Below are positions 17,269 through 26,981 of a DNA stretch of 35,340 nucleotides, one piece after another; the stretch's first letter is position 1, and every line of letters begins with the position of its first letter. The translations under genes and the position numbers were made by a program. The notes below the pieces were generated by a model. That model saw only the letters and a list, made by a program, of their open reading frames with translations, was not told where the DNA came from and did not search any database. The DNA comes from an uncultured Ignavibacteriaceae bacterium (GTDB lineage Bacteria > Bacteroidota > Ignavibacteria > Ignavibacteriales > Ignavibacteriaceae): contig CAYPMQ010000001.1 in the NCBI GenBank assembly GCA_964411625.1, forward strand, positions 1-35,340, read 5' to 3'.

Positions 17269-17757
17269 TTAATCATTTCCGTCTTCTTCGTGATCTGCCT
17301 GCTCAAGGAGAAAATCTGTTATCGCCATTATATCAAAGCCTTTATTATCAGGATCATTTATCACCTCAAAATAAACTTCATAATGCCGGTAAACCTCGGT
17401 TTTTTCTCGTACAAGTATATCCGGAAGGCTTGTCATCATTTCATCCCTCTCAGATGGCAGCTTACTATTGACTGCGTCAATAATCAGCAGTTTCTGGTTA
17501 TAAGTAAGTACTGCAGATCCGGTCAACATGTGAAGAAAATAATCACGAAGTTCATTATCATGTGTCATTATTACAGAAAAAACAATGCTGCTGTAAGAAT
17601 CTTCATCGCAGAGAAGGTCTTCAATTGATACTGAATCCCGGATAGAAATCTGCCCATAAGTCTTTTCATTCGCATCACCTTTCTCTTTCCAGTCGCGATG
17701 ATGGAGCCAGGGAATGAAATCAGGTTCAGGAATTTTCGTTTTATATCGTTCCATCAC
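17269..17757 (-). CDS. Hypothetical acidic cytoplasmic protein, no recognisable domain
   Basis: 162-aa ORF packed between the CDF gene (12-nt gap) and yidD (21-nt gap). Its composition is protein-like with an acidic tail (EQADHEEDGND). The overlapping plus-strand ORF 17164..17628 looks like junk by comparison. Confidence 0.5.
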   Translation of the reverse strand: MMERYKTKIPEPDFIPWLHHRDWKEKGDANEKTYGQISIRDSVSIEDLLCDEDSYSSIVFSVIMTHDNELRDYFLHMLTGSAVLTYNQKLLIIDAVNSKLPSERDEMMTSLPDILVREKTEVYRHYEVYFEVINDPDNKGFDIMAITDFLLEQADHEEDGND

Positions 17758-17769
17758 AATCTGTCGCTT

Positions 17770-18745
17770 TTAATATTTAACCATTTTTAGCGGAAGAGGT
17801 TCCCTTAGTTCCTTTTTCTCACAAATAACGGGTTCAAATGGCTCAATATGCACCAGAACATCACTTATAGAGGGCTTCCCCTCTCTTATTTTATCTTTGA
17901 TGGCATGAGCTATATCATGTCCGGCACGCACTGATATTCCACCGTCAACAATTGCATGCAAATCAACAAAATATTCAAAACCCATTTTGCGTACAAAGCA
18001 TTTTTCTATATCTATAACAGCTTTAACTTTTTTTTGCGAGCTGTCTTACCTCTTCATGAACGGAATCAGGCGGAGCGGTATCAAGTACTTCTCTGAAGGC
18101 GGGCATAAAAAGAGATACAGCATTGTAAAGTATTATTGCCGAAGCAAACAGGGCAGCATAATCATCTGCTTCTTCATACCCCTCACCGCCGATAAGGGCA
18201 ATCGAAATACCGATAAAAGCTGCAGCAGATGTGATTGCATCGCTTCTGTGATGCCATGCATCGTTTGTTACCGCCGTGCTTTCAAGATATTTCCCCACAA
18301 CTATTATTTTTCTGAAAAGTAATTCTTTTACTGCCACAACCACCACAAGAACAAAAAGTGTGAAGGGAGCGGGAGCATAATGAGGCGTAAGAATCTCCCT
18401 TATACTCTGGATCACGATCAGAATACCTGCTCCCGCGAGCATAAGACCTACAAACATCCCCGCAAGCGGTCCGGCTTTTCCGTGCCCGTAAGGATGGGTC
18501 TTATCTCTTGGCTTTGAGGCAAACTTAATCCCCGCCGGTACAATTACTGATGTAAAGATATCCGGGAGTGACTCTATTGCATCAGCAATTAGGGCATAAG
18601 AATTTCCGGGTACGCCGACTGCACCTTTTATCAGTACAAGAAAAAAAGATACAATTATTCCTGCGAGTGTGGTTTTTAAGCCTTCAACGGATTTTTTCTT
18701 TAATAGAGGAAAATCAACAACGGATGCAGAAGTGTTGAATGACAT
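17770..18745 (-). pseudogene. Cation diffusion facilitator (CDF) family metal efflux transporter, split by a +1 frameshift in an A8 homopolymer
   Basis: ORF 18023..18745 encodes the transmembrane domain (HPYGHGK, DAWHHRSD). ORF 17770..17985 encodes the cytoplasmic dimerisation domain (FVDLHAIVDGGISVRAGHDIAHAIKDKI...VLVHIEP). Removing one A from the run at 18028-18035 joins them as ...EEVRQLAKKVKAVIDIEKCFVRKMGFEYFVDLH.... Confidence 0.8.
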
Positions 18746-18875
18746 CTGTTTTATTTAATGCAAGGCATTAAAGCCTGAAATGAAATAATTTATCTGAAAA
18801 ATAAAAACTTAATAATTAAATATCTGAAAAATCCTGAACTAACCTGAAAACAGAGAGCCTGATCACATTAAAATA

Positions 18876-20000
18876 CTAAGGCAGCAGCTTATATACTTTC
18901 ACCAAAGCTTTCCCGGTACCGGTAATCAGCATTCCTTTATGGAGTATTCCATTGGTTTTAAATCTTTCATCTGACTTCAAAATATTAATTTCTTCAAGGT
19001 TATCTGCAGTTAAAATTTCTATTTTTTTATCCTGATTCATTACAAGAATTCTGTTTCCGGTAATCAGTGGCGCTGAACTTATCATTCCACCTGTTTCTCT
19101 GGTTATTACCGGAGGAAATCCTTCTGTATCTGAAAAAACGGATATTCTCCCCGAAAGATCAGCAATAATAATTCTGCCATCGCTGCTGATCACCGGAGCA
19201 GATACAGTCCTGGTTTCAAGTTTTCTTTTGGTTACCGTTTCTCCGGAAAGGGGATCAGTTTTTCTGAGAATCAGATCGTCCGATACAGTGTATATCATTC
19301 CTTCTGAATAAGTTATTCCAGAAATTATATCATCTGCAATACTGAAATGCCTTTTATCTTCAGGTTTCCCGGGGTTCATTACATAAATACTACCCCTCTC
19401 ACCTGATGTAATAATGATTTGTTCATCCACATAAGATGCTGTTATATCTCTGCCCAGCCTGAATTTTGAAGTGTCACCTATTTGATAAAAATAGCCCGAT
19501 CTGCAAAGGATATGCGGCACTCCTCCGATATTCATAAGCCGAATACCGGTATCTTCAATTTCATAGGAAGAAATTTCTTTATTGCGGGTAAAATCATAGG
19601 TAAGTATTTCGGTGACTTCCCTGTTCTTCAGTACTGCTGCCGTGATTACTTCATTGCCTCTGATAAGAGGTGCTGAAATCACCGACGAATTTTTTATTGT
19701 AATTACCCCCCGCCCTTTGCCATCTGCAAGATTGTATGCATAAACCCTTCCGCTGAGATCGGAGATGAATAGTATGTCCCCCCTAACGGTGAATGGATCG
19801 GTACTCATACCGCCGTAAATTTCAAGGTCATATAGGAGTTCAAGGCTGTCAGGACCTGTCAAATGGCCGGGTTCTTTTTCCTTGAGCTCATCAGACTCTA
19901 TTCTCATACTTGTGGATGAACATCCTGCAAAGGTAAAAATGAGAGATACCGAAAAATAAAACAACCACAGTTTTCTGATAAATCTATGCTCCGCTTTCAT
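18876..20000 (-). CDS. PQQ-like beta-propeller lipoprotein (BamB-like)
   Basis: Lipobox FTFAGC. Repeated blades are visible (GRVYAYNLADG, GSIYVMNPG, GRISVFSD). The start codon overlaps the stop of the upstream Omp85-fusion gene by 1 nt (TGATG). Confidence 0.65.
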   Translation of the reverse strand: MKAEHRFIRKLWLFYFSVSLIFTFAGCSSTSMRIESDELKEKEPGHLTGPDSLELLYDLEIYGGMSTDPFTVRGDILFISDLSGRVYAYNLADGKGRGVITIKNSSVISAPLIRGNEVITAAVLKNREVTEILTYDFTRNKEISSYEIEDTGIRLMNIGGVPHILCRSGYFYQIGDTSKFRLGRDITASYVDEQIIITSGERGSIYVMNPGKPEDKRHFSIADDIISGITYSEGMIYTVSDDLILRKTDPLSGETVTKRKLETRTVSAPVISSDGRIIIADLSGRISVFSDTEGFPPVITRETGGMISSAPLITGNRILVMNQDKKIEILTADNLEEINILKSDERFKTNGILHKGMLITGTGKALVKVYKLLP

Positions 20001-22789
20001 CAGAAATCCCAGCCGAAGAAAAACTGATAAAAAAGACCCTCCTGAAACTTCTTAAAGTTATTTTCTATTTTTTTACCAACATCATACCTGAAAACAAGTA
20101 TGTTAAAGAAATTGAATCTGATTCCTGCTCCGATGCTTCCGATGGTTTCTTCATAAGTCTTATCCCACACTGAACCTGCATCAAAGAATACTGCTCCACG
20201 CAGACCCGGGAACGTAATGCCAAGAAAAGGGAAGTTCAGGACAATACGGTCAAGCAGAGGGAATCTGAACTCGGCAGAACTCACCCACACTTTTTCACCT
20301 CTCAACCCGAACCTTGTCCAGCCTCTCAGATCCCAGCTGCCTCCGGCGAGGTACCTTCTTGCATCAGTGCCATCATTGTAATACAATGATGTCCTCAGAG
20401 CAAGCGCAGTTGAAAATGAGGTTCTGAGATAATACCTGCCGTCAACTATGAGTGAAAGGTATCTTATATTATCATATCTTATATCAGAGGTATACCCTAT
20501 TGCCGCTCTGAGTCTTGCGCCATCAAGCGGACCGGTTGCTCCCCATAATGAATTATCAAAAACATACGATACCGAGCCGCTCAGCAGCAGAGCGCTTTTT
20601 TCGATCACGTTGGTGATAATCTCACGATTCAGATTTGAAAATGACGCTGATGCCTCAAGACGCGCAAAAGTGGAAAGCGGATACTGCATAACGGCAAAAC
20701 CACCGAAGCTTTTCTCGTAATAAAACTCATCACTCTCCCTGAGGTCATACCTTCTGCCTCTGTAGTTGAAAATTCCATAGCCGTAATTCAGGCGCTCACC
20801 CTGTCTGAGCCTGAAGAGTTCGACATTGAAATTATCCAGAAAATCACTCTGAACCTCAGCAGTGTTATAGAGTACAAAATAAAACTTATCATCACCCAGG
20901 AGATCGCTTACTGAAAGTACAGCACCCCCTCTGGTACCAAAAACGGGATCTGTTGTTACCTGGCTCTGTGCGTAGTCAAGAGTGTAATCTTCTTCATAAG
21001 GCAGTTTACTTTTCACCATTTCTGCCGGAATTCTGGTATAGTTGTTTGCTGATTGAGGAGTTCTGCCTTTGTTCCCGGTCAGTGAAAAAGCGGCAGTTTG
21101 AAGAACGGTGTCAGGATTTTCAATTGCATATATGCCAAACATAAATTTTTCAAAAACAGTGGCATAAATCCTGCCGTCTGTTCCCGGAACCGGCGTGCTT
21201 AGCCCCGTAAGAAAATTAGTGTGCTTAGTAACTTCATTGAAGTTATTCACGGGTACAGAGTAAAGGTTATAAACTCCGTCAGCATCCGCCGTGAAATAAA
21301 GTCTGCCAGAGGCAGTATCCGGCAGCGGGTATCTGATATTATGGTCAGACCAGGTAATTTGCGTGATCTCACCCGAGAGCAAGCTCAGTGTGTGGAGATT
21401 CATTGTTTTCTGATCGGCTCTGTCAGAACTGAAAATAACTATTGATGATGAAGCACCCGTAACCGGATATCTGTCTTCATAAAAATCATTCGTTAGCCTT
21501 CTCAGATTCTGGTCAGTGATATTGAGCAGATAAATATCAGAGAAACCTTTTCTGTCAATGGCTCTGAATAGCAGTATATTCTCCCGTGAAAAGCTCAGGT
21601 CCGATATTGTAACAAGAGAACTGTCAGAGAAAACGGAGATTCTCTCCGAAGAAGGAAGCCTGAAGAAATTGATTACATCCCTGCCCCCTGATTTGCTCAC
21701 CAGAGCGAGCATTCCGTCAGCAGATACCGAGATTGAAGGCTCGAATAGTCTGAGTGATTCATAATCCTCATTCTTTTCACCTCTGATAAAAAGTTCGGGT
21801 TTGACATCAGATTCAGGTTTCATTCTGTAAACCGATGAATAACCGTCAAGATTGGCAGTGAAATACATTATCTGCCCTCCTCCTGTTGTTTTATGCAATG
21901 AAGGGTTAAAAGCGTACCCTCCCGGTGTGATCTTCTCAGCAAAAAAAGAAGGCATTTCAAAGCCGGAAACAACAGGGTAATATTTCTTTCTCAGGTAATT
22001 TTCCCAGTCGCGGTTGATTTTTTCAAAAGGCTCACCAAATGTGTAAGCAAGCACATCTTCAAAAGTTTCGGCAACCCAGAGGTTTTCAAGCACCTCATTA
22101 ATTTTTCCGTGGCCATAACGCTCAGAGGCATATTCCATAAATGACTGCCCTTCCTTGTACATAAGAAAGGTGCCGTATATTGAATACATGTTTTCAAGAT
22201 TTACAAAATATCCGTTCAGCACGGCATCTCGCATTACCTGTTCCGCCTGGGCATCCCATCTTGTGGAGTAGTATTCTGCAATTCCCTCCACAAACCAGAG
22301 CGGAGGAACGAGCAGATCAGTTCGTCGCCTGTCAGAGAATAGTTTTGTAATCTTAGTTGTCATGAATACATGCACAAGTTCATGCTTTATTACATGCTCA
22401 AACTGACTTAATGAACCTGAGAAAGGAATAACAACTCTCCCCTTCATGAACTCAAAAAAGCCTCCCACACCGTCTGGAATAAAACCCGGGGTCGTATTTG
22501 TCTGTTGGAAATGAGTAGAGGTGTTATAAAATATCAGAGGTATTCTGTATGTAACAAGATGATTGAACTCGGTTTTGAGATACTGATATGAGTCTTCTGC
22601 AATTTTAGCCCCTTTTTCTGCAATCTCCTCAATCTCCTCATAGTAGTAGACATCAAAATTTGTGGTTTTAAGAACCTTCCATTCAAAGTTTTCATACTGA
22701 ACCTTATTCCTGCCGAAGTAATAGTACTGGCTGAATGAAGTCACTGAAAGCATCAGAATCAGTATAAACAGGATAATGGATTTATTCAA
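20000..22789 (-). CDS. Outer-membrane fusion protein: peptidase-MA-like (HExxH) domain + TolB-like beta-propeller + Omp85/D15 surface-antigen beta-barrel
   Basis: 929 aa with a signal peptide. The N-terminal region carries HELVHVF...LWFVEGIAEYYS, as in the Peptidase_MA_2 family. The middle has PD40-like repeats (SVSADGMLALVSKSGG, FSSDRADQ, YFTADADGVYNLYSV). The C-terminal region is Omp85-like (GGSWDLRGW, FRFPL, GAVFFDAGSVW) and ends FFFGWDF. Confidence 0.8.
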   Translation of the reverse strand: MNKSIILFILILMLSVTSFSQYYYFGRNKVQYENFEWKVLKTTNFDVYYYEEIEEIAEKGAKIAEDSYQYLKTEFNHLVTYRIPLIFYNTSTHFQQTNTTPGFIPDGVGGFFEFMKGRVVIPFSGSLSQFEHVIKHELVHVFMTTKITKLFSDRRRTDLLVPPLWFVEGIAEYYSTRWDAQAEQVMRDAVLNGYFVNLENMYSIYGTFLMYKEGQSFMEYASERYGHGKINEVLENLWVAETFEDVLAYTFGEPFEKINRDWENYLRKKYYPVVSGFEMPSFFAEKITPGGYAFNPSLHKTTGGGQIMYFTANLDGYSSVYRMKPESDVKPELFIRGEKNEDYESLRLFEPSISVSADGMLALVSKSGGRDVINFFRLPSSERISVFSDSSLVTISDLSFSRENILLFRAIDRKGFSDIYLLNITDQNLRRLTNDFYEDRYPVTGASSSIVIFSSDRADQKTMNLHTLSLLSGEITQITWSDHNIRYPLPDTASGRLYFTADADGVYNLYSVPVNNFNEVTKHTNFLTGLSTPVPGTDGRIYATVFEKFMFGIYAIENPDTVLQTAAFSLTGNKGRTPQSANNYTRIPAEMVKSKLPYEEDYTLDYAQSQVTTDPVFGTRGGAVLSVSDLLGDDKFYFVLYNTAEVQSDFLDNFNVELFRLRQGERLNYGYGIFNYRGRRYDLRESDEFYYEKSFGGFAVMQYPLSTFARLEASASFSNLNREIITNVIEKSALLLSGSVSYVFDNSLWGATGPLDGARLRAAIGYTSDIRYDNIRYLSLIVDGRYYLRTSFSTALALRTSLYYNDGTDARRYLAGGSWDLRGWTRFGLRGEKVWVSSAEFRFPLLDRIVLNFPFLGITFPGLRGAVFFDAGSVWDKTYEETIGSIGAGIRFNFFNILVFRYDVGKKIENNFKKFQEGLFYQFFFGWDF

Positions 22790-22926
22790 GGGTTGTAAAA
22801 TTTATTTATCAGGAAAAATTATATATGTTAACCGCAAATATTATCAGCATTTTCAAACCATAGCAAGAATTTAATTTACAGAATCTGCTTTAATTTCTGA
22901 TGCAATAAATTTTCCCGGATCAGCAG

Positions 22927-24684
22927 TTACACCAAATCTTTAGGAATTGCTATTTCATTTCCCGTGAAAAATTTATCCACCAGGTGCTCAACGGCTGAAG
23001 CCGATCTGCATCTGAGAGCTTCTTCGGCAAGTTTTTCACAGTCTGTGATATTCACTGAGAGGATGATTTTTTTCATCAGAGGAATTCCGGCAGGTGATGC
23101 ACTCAAAAATCTGTAGCCAAGTCCCAGTAACAACGGAATTGCTCTGGGGTCAGCTCCCATTTCACCGCACAGACTCAGAGGAAGATTTGATCCGGCAGCA
23201 TTATCTGCAATTCTTTTCAGAATTCTCAGAAATGAAGGATTAAATTCCTGATATAAATATGCTACTTCATCATTGGCACGGTCAACCGCAAGCGAGTACT
23301 GAATAAGGTCATTAGTGCCCACGCTCAGGAAATCAACTTCACCGCCCAGAAATGGTATCAGATCGGCAGCAGAAGGTACTTCTATCATGATACCGAGCTT
23401 AAATTTCCGGTGTGTCACACCCAGTTCAGCTTCACATTCAGCAATCAGTTTTTTTGACTCATCAATCTCCTCAAATACCGAAATCATGGGGAGAAGTATG
23501 TTCAGATTATTATTATATGATGCCTTTATAAGCGCCCTTAGCTGGGATTTAAATAATTCTTTATTGCTGAGGAGAAATCTTATACCTCTTAAACCAAGGA
23601 AGGGATTGTACTCGGTTTTATGAAACAGCCTTGTTTTATCACCACCGAGATCAAATACTCTGATGGTAACGTCTTTAGGGTAGTTTTTTTCGGTTATGTC
23701 AAAATACAGTTTAGTCTGATAATTTTCATCAGGGAATTCACCTGTCTCTTCAATGATCTGCTCAGTTCTGTATAGCCCGATCCCTTCTGCGCCGTTAGCT
23801 TCGGCGATCAGCAGCTCATCGGAAACATCAATATTTGCCAGAAGTGATATTTTCACACCGTCTTTAGTGGATGAGCTTATATCTTTCAGTCCCGAAAGCT
23901 CCGAATTTACCTTTGCGACAATTTCAGATTTTTTATCGTAAAAGGCTCTCTGCTTATGATCCGGATTAAAAATTATATAACCATTATAGCCGTCTATTAT
24001 AACTTCACAACAATTGTCATTTAATCTTTCCACGAGGGAATGTGCTCCGAGCACGGCGGGAATATTCAGCGATCGGGCAATAATTGCGGCATGAGAAGTA
24101 AGCCCCCCTTCCTCGGTAATATAACCTCTTACATTGCATCTGGAGAAAAGAAGAGTATCTGCGGCAGTAAGATTTGCTCCTGCTACAGCAACATCATTTT
24201 CTATTCTTGAAACCCATCTTTTCCGGCTGATGTTTCTGAGAATTCTGTTCTTTATATCCTCTATATCAAAAGCACGTTCCTTAAAGTAAATATCGTCACT
24301 GCGATTGAGCATTGTGATAAATTTATCAAACTCTTCGGCAACAATTACGGCAGGATCCCTTTTTTCCTTTCTGATGCGGGTTCTTATTTCATCAAGCACT
24401 ATAGGATCTTCAAGAACCATGATCTGTGCTTCGAAGATTTCGGCGCGTTTTTCACCCATTTTCTCTTTAGCGAGTGCAAATATTTTACTGAGTTCATACT
24501 TTGAGCGTTCTATTGCGTCATTGAATGACTTAAGTGCATCATCAACGTCTGATATTTCCTGCTCCTCAATATGGACCTCTTCTTTTATGAAAAGGTGAAA
24601 CCTTCCAATAAATATCCCCGGAGCAGCGGGAATACCCTTAATCCAGTTTTCTGACTCATTCAGTAATAGTTCTATCTCTTTCAA
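22927..24684 (-). CDS. ptsI: Phosphoenolpyruvate-protein phosphotransferase (PTS enzyme I)
   Basis: 585 aa. Active-site His region GGLTSHAAIIARSLNIPAV and a C-terminal PEP-utilising TIM-barrel domain (SVGTNDLIQYSLAVDR). The apparent TTG start overlaps the ptsH stop (TTGA). Confidence 0.9.
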   Translation of the reverse strand: MKEIELLLNESENWIKGIPAAPGIFIGRFHLFIKEEVHIEEQEISDVDDALKSFNDAIERSKYELSKIFALAKEKMGEKRAEIFEAQIMVLEDPIVLDEIRTRIRKEKRDPAVIVAEEFDKFITMLNRSDDIYFKERAFDIEDIKNRILRNISRKRWVSRIENDVAVAGANLTAADTLLFSRCNVRGYITEEGGLTSHAAIIARSLNIPAVLGAHSLVERLNDNCCEVIIDGYNGYIIFNPDHKQRAFYDKKSEIVAKVNSELSGLKDISSSTKDGVKISLLANIDVSDELLIAEANGAEGIGLYRTEQIIEETGEFPDENYQTKLYFDITEKNYPKDVTIRVFDLGGDKTRLFHKTEYNPFLGLRGIRFLLSNKELFKSQLRALIKASYNNNLNILLPMISVFEEIDESKKLIAECEAELGVTHRKFKLGIMIEVPSAADLIPFLGGEVDFLSVGTNDLIQYSLAVDRANDEVAYLYQEFNPSFLRILKRIADNAAGSNLPLSLCGEMGADPRAIPLLLGLGYRFLSASPAGIPLMKKIILSVNITDCEKLAEEALRCRSASAVEHLVDKFFTGNEIAIPKDLV

Positions 24685-24947
24685 AGCTCGCCAAACCCTC
24701 CTTCAATAAGGGAACTGATTTCCTGGCACATTTTTTCTTCGTCTTTACCATCGAACTCAAGCAGCAGTTCTGCTCCCTGAGGTGCAATGAGTGTCATGAC
24801 TCCCACAATACTTTTACCGTTAATACGGTACCCTTCATGACTTATAAAAAAATCGGCTTCAAATTTTCCTGCGGTTTTTACAATTGTTGATGCAGGCCTT
24901 ACATGAAGCCCAGCCCTGTTAACTATTGTAACTGTCTTTTGAATCAT
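24681..24947 (-). CDS. ptsH: Phosphocarrier protein HPr
   Basis: 88 aa. His-15 motif NRAGLHVRPAS and a Ser-46-type region NGKSIVGVMTL. Confidence 0.9.
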   Translation of the reverse strand: MIQKTVTIVNRAGLHVRPASTIVKTAGKFEADFFISHEGYRINGKSIVGVMTLIAPQGAELLLEFDGKDEEKMCQEISSLIEGGFGEL

Positions 24948-24950
24948 CCT

Positions 24951-25931
24951 CTATTTGCTTCGTTTGATTAGTGCGTTTGCAAGATCTCCCAGATAACCGG
25001 CGTATTCACGGTTACTGAGATGTTTGAGTGAATCTATTGCCTCGGAGCTTATCCTTTCCACCTCAGCCCTTGCTTCGTCCAGCACTCCGAGCTTTTCATA
25101 AAGATCCCTGAATTTTCCAATTTCGTTCTTTTTGCATCCCTTGTTTCTTACAACCCTGAGAAACTCCTCTTTATCTGCGCCTGAAGCTTTTTCAAGTGCC
25201 TTGATAAAAAGAAATGTCTTTTTGCCTTCAAGGAGATCCCCGCCAATTTTTTTGCCGAATTCCTCACTTCCGCTGATATCAAGCAGATCATCCTGAATCT
25301 GAAATGCAAGTCCCAGCTTCAGTCCGTATTCAGTGAGTGCATCAATTTCTTCAATAGTGCCGTTTCCAAGCACACCGCCCATTGAACAACAGGTTCTTGA
25401 AAGAGCAGCAGTCTTTTTGGAGATCATCTCAAGATACTCTTCAAGAGTGACTGTGTCTCTGACCTCAAAATCCTTATCAAGACTTTGCCCCTCACATACT
25501 TCTATAAGCCCTCTTGTAAACAGATAAGGTACCTGGAGATGTTCTTTTCTGACATCCTTCAGGAGATACTCATAGGCAACCGCCATAAGTGCATCGCCTG
25601 CCAGAATTGCTGTGTTAACATCGTAAATTTTATGGAGGGTCTCAAGTCCCCGCCGTGTATCAGCGTTATCCATAATATCATCATGGATGAGTGTAAAGTT
25701 GTGCAGCATCTCAACGGCAAGAGCCGCGTTGTAAACATTCTCAGGTTTCCCGCCAACCGATGCAGCGGAAAAAAGTACCAGTATAGGCCGAAGCCTTTTT
25801 GCCGGACTCACCAGAATATAATCCACGGGTTTATAAAGGGAAAGAGGAGCCCTTCCTTCAAGTGCCGTGGTCAGTTTCGCATCGATAATATTCTTAAGAT
25901 CTTCGTAAATCCGTCTGAAGTTTGAAGTCAC
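24951..25931 (-). CDS. Polyprenyl diphosphate synthase (trans-isoprenyl, probably GGPP-type)
   Basis: 326 aa. First and second aspartate-rich motifs are LIHDDIMDNADTRRG and FQIQDDLLD. The GTG start immediately follows the fni stop codon. Confidence 0.9.
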   Translation of the reverse strand: MTSNFRRIYEDLKNIIDAKLTTALEGRAPLSLYKPVDYILVSPAKRLRPILVLFSAASVGGKPENVYNAALAVEMLHNFTLIHDDIMDNADTRRGLETLHKIYDVNTAILAGDALMAVAYEYLLKDVRKEHLQVPYLFTRGLIEVCEGQSLDKDFEVRDTVTLEEYLEMISKKTAALSRTCCSMGGVLGNGTIEEIDALTEYGLKLGLAFQIQDDLLDISGSEEFGKKIGGDLLEGKKTFLFIKALEKASGADKEEFLRVVRNKGCKKNEIGKFRDLYEKLGVLDEARAEVERISSEAIDSLKHLSNREYAGYLGDLANALIKRSK

Positions 25932-26981
25932 TTAAAACAACTCGCTTTTTAGTATTAATTTTTTTTTCCTGAGCTCACTAAGATTTGAAGACCCGGTAAG
26001 AAACATTATTTTCTTAAGATCTTCAAAATAACCATTTATAAGATTAATAACACCCTCCGTGCCGCCGTCTAACAGCGCCTGAAGAACTTTTCTGGCAGAA
26101 GCAGTGATATCTGCCCCTAAGGCAAGAGCTTTTGCATTATCAAAAGAATTATCTATACCGCCCGAACCGATCAGAAGAAAATGATACCCCATTTTCAGTT
26201 CAAATACTTTTTTAATGCAGTAAGAGGTCGGTAAACCCCAGTTCCAGAACTGATCAGAATTATCACCCCCGTTGCGAAGTATTTCAACACCCGTCCAGGT
26301 TGTACCGCCTGCTCCGGCAACATCAATACCTCCCACACCTGTATCCAGCAGTCTTCTTGCGGGCTCATAGTCAATTCCTGAACCTACTTCCTTTGCAATG
26401 ATGGGAATCTCAAAATGACGCGTCATGTATTCAAGATTTTTTAACAGACATGAAAAGCTGAGATCTCCGCCTTTCTGAAACAACTCCTGAGCAGGATTAA
26501 GATGCACTGCCAGCACATCAATTTTTGAAGCTTCAACCAGTCTTGAAAATTCATCGGGATTTTCAGATAAACTTACTTGTGCGGCACCAATATTGCCGAC
26601 CAGAGGAACATTTCCGGACTCTTTTCTTATCTGTTCAAAATGATGAACAAGCTTATCGCTTTCAAGCAGATAACGCTGAGAACCAAGACCCAGCGGAATG
26701 TTCAGTTCCCGGGCCGCTTCGGCCAGTTTGAGGTTGATGTTATTAGCCTCATCAGTACCGCCCGTCATACATGAAATCATAAACGGCAGACTGATTTCAT
26801 GTCCCAAAAAAAGCGTATTCAGGTCAATTTCGTTTATATCAGTTTCCGTTACAGCATTGTGTATGAATTCATAATGCTCAAAACCGTTTGTTTTAGTATT
26901 ATACTTGACACGGTCGCTGGCACAGAGTCTGAGGTGGTCAGACTTTCTTTTTATTAATTCATCGTTATTGTGTTCGGGCAT
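25932..26981 (-). CDS. fni: Type 2 (FMN-dependent) isopentenyl-diphosphate delta-isomerase
   Basis: 349 aa. Family pattern RKSDHLRL, ISCMTGG, IAKEVGSGI, GIDVAGAGGTTW. Confidence 0.9.
   Translation of the reverse strand: MPEHNNDELIKRKSDHLRLCASDRVKYNTKTNGFEHYEFIHNAVTETDINEIDLNTLFLGHEISLPFMISCMTGGTDEANNINLKLAEAARELNIPLGLGSQRYLLESDKLVHHFEQIRKESGNVPLVGNIGAAQVSLSENPDEFSRLVEASKIDVLAVHLNPAQELFQKGGDLSFSCLLKNLEYMTRHFEIPIIAKEVGSGIDYEPARRLLDTGVGGIDVAGAGGTTWTGVEILRNGGDNSDQFWNWGLPTSYCIKKVFELKMGYHFLLIGSGGIDNSFDNAKALALGADITASARKVLQALLDGGTEGVINLINGYFEDLKKIMFLTGSSNLSELRKKKLILKSELF

Noticed and set aside
17164-17628. A 154-aa plus-strand ORF lies antisense to the orphan gene. Other long antisense or alternate-frame ORFs occur inside confident genes, for example 1289..1495, 2459..2737, 5341..5694, 7553..7939, 10303..10563, 17987..18322, 23315..23623, 24305..24598, 25485..25925, 29270..29596, 31427..31750, 32357..32740 and 33454..33899.
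   Set aside because: All lie wholly within, or largely overlap, ORFs with clear family motifs on the other strand or in another frame. Their translations are low-complexity or Cys/His/Arg/Ser-biased and lack signal, RBS or domain features. They are typical shadow ORFs.
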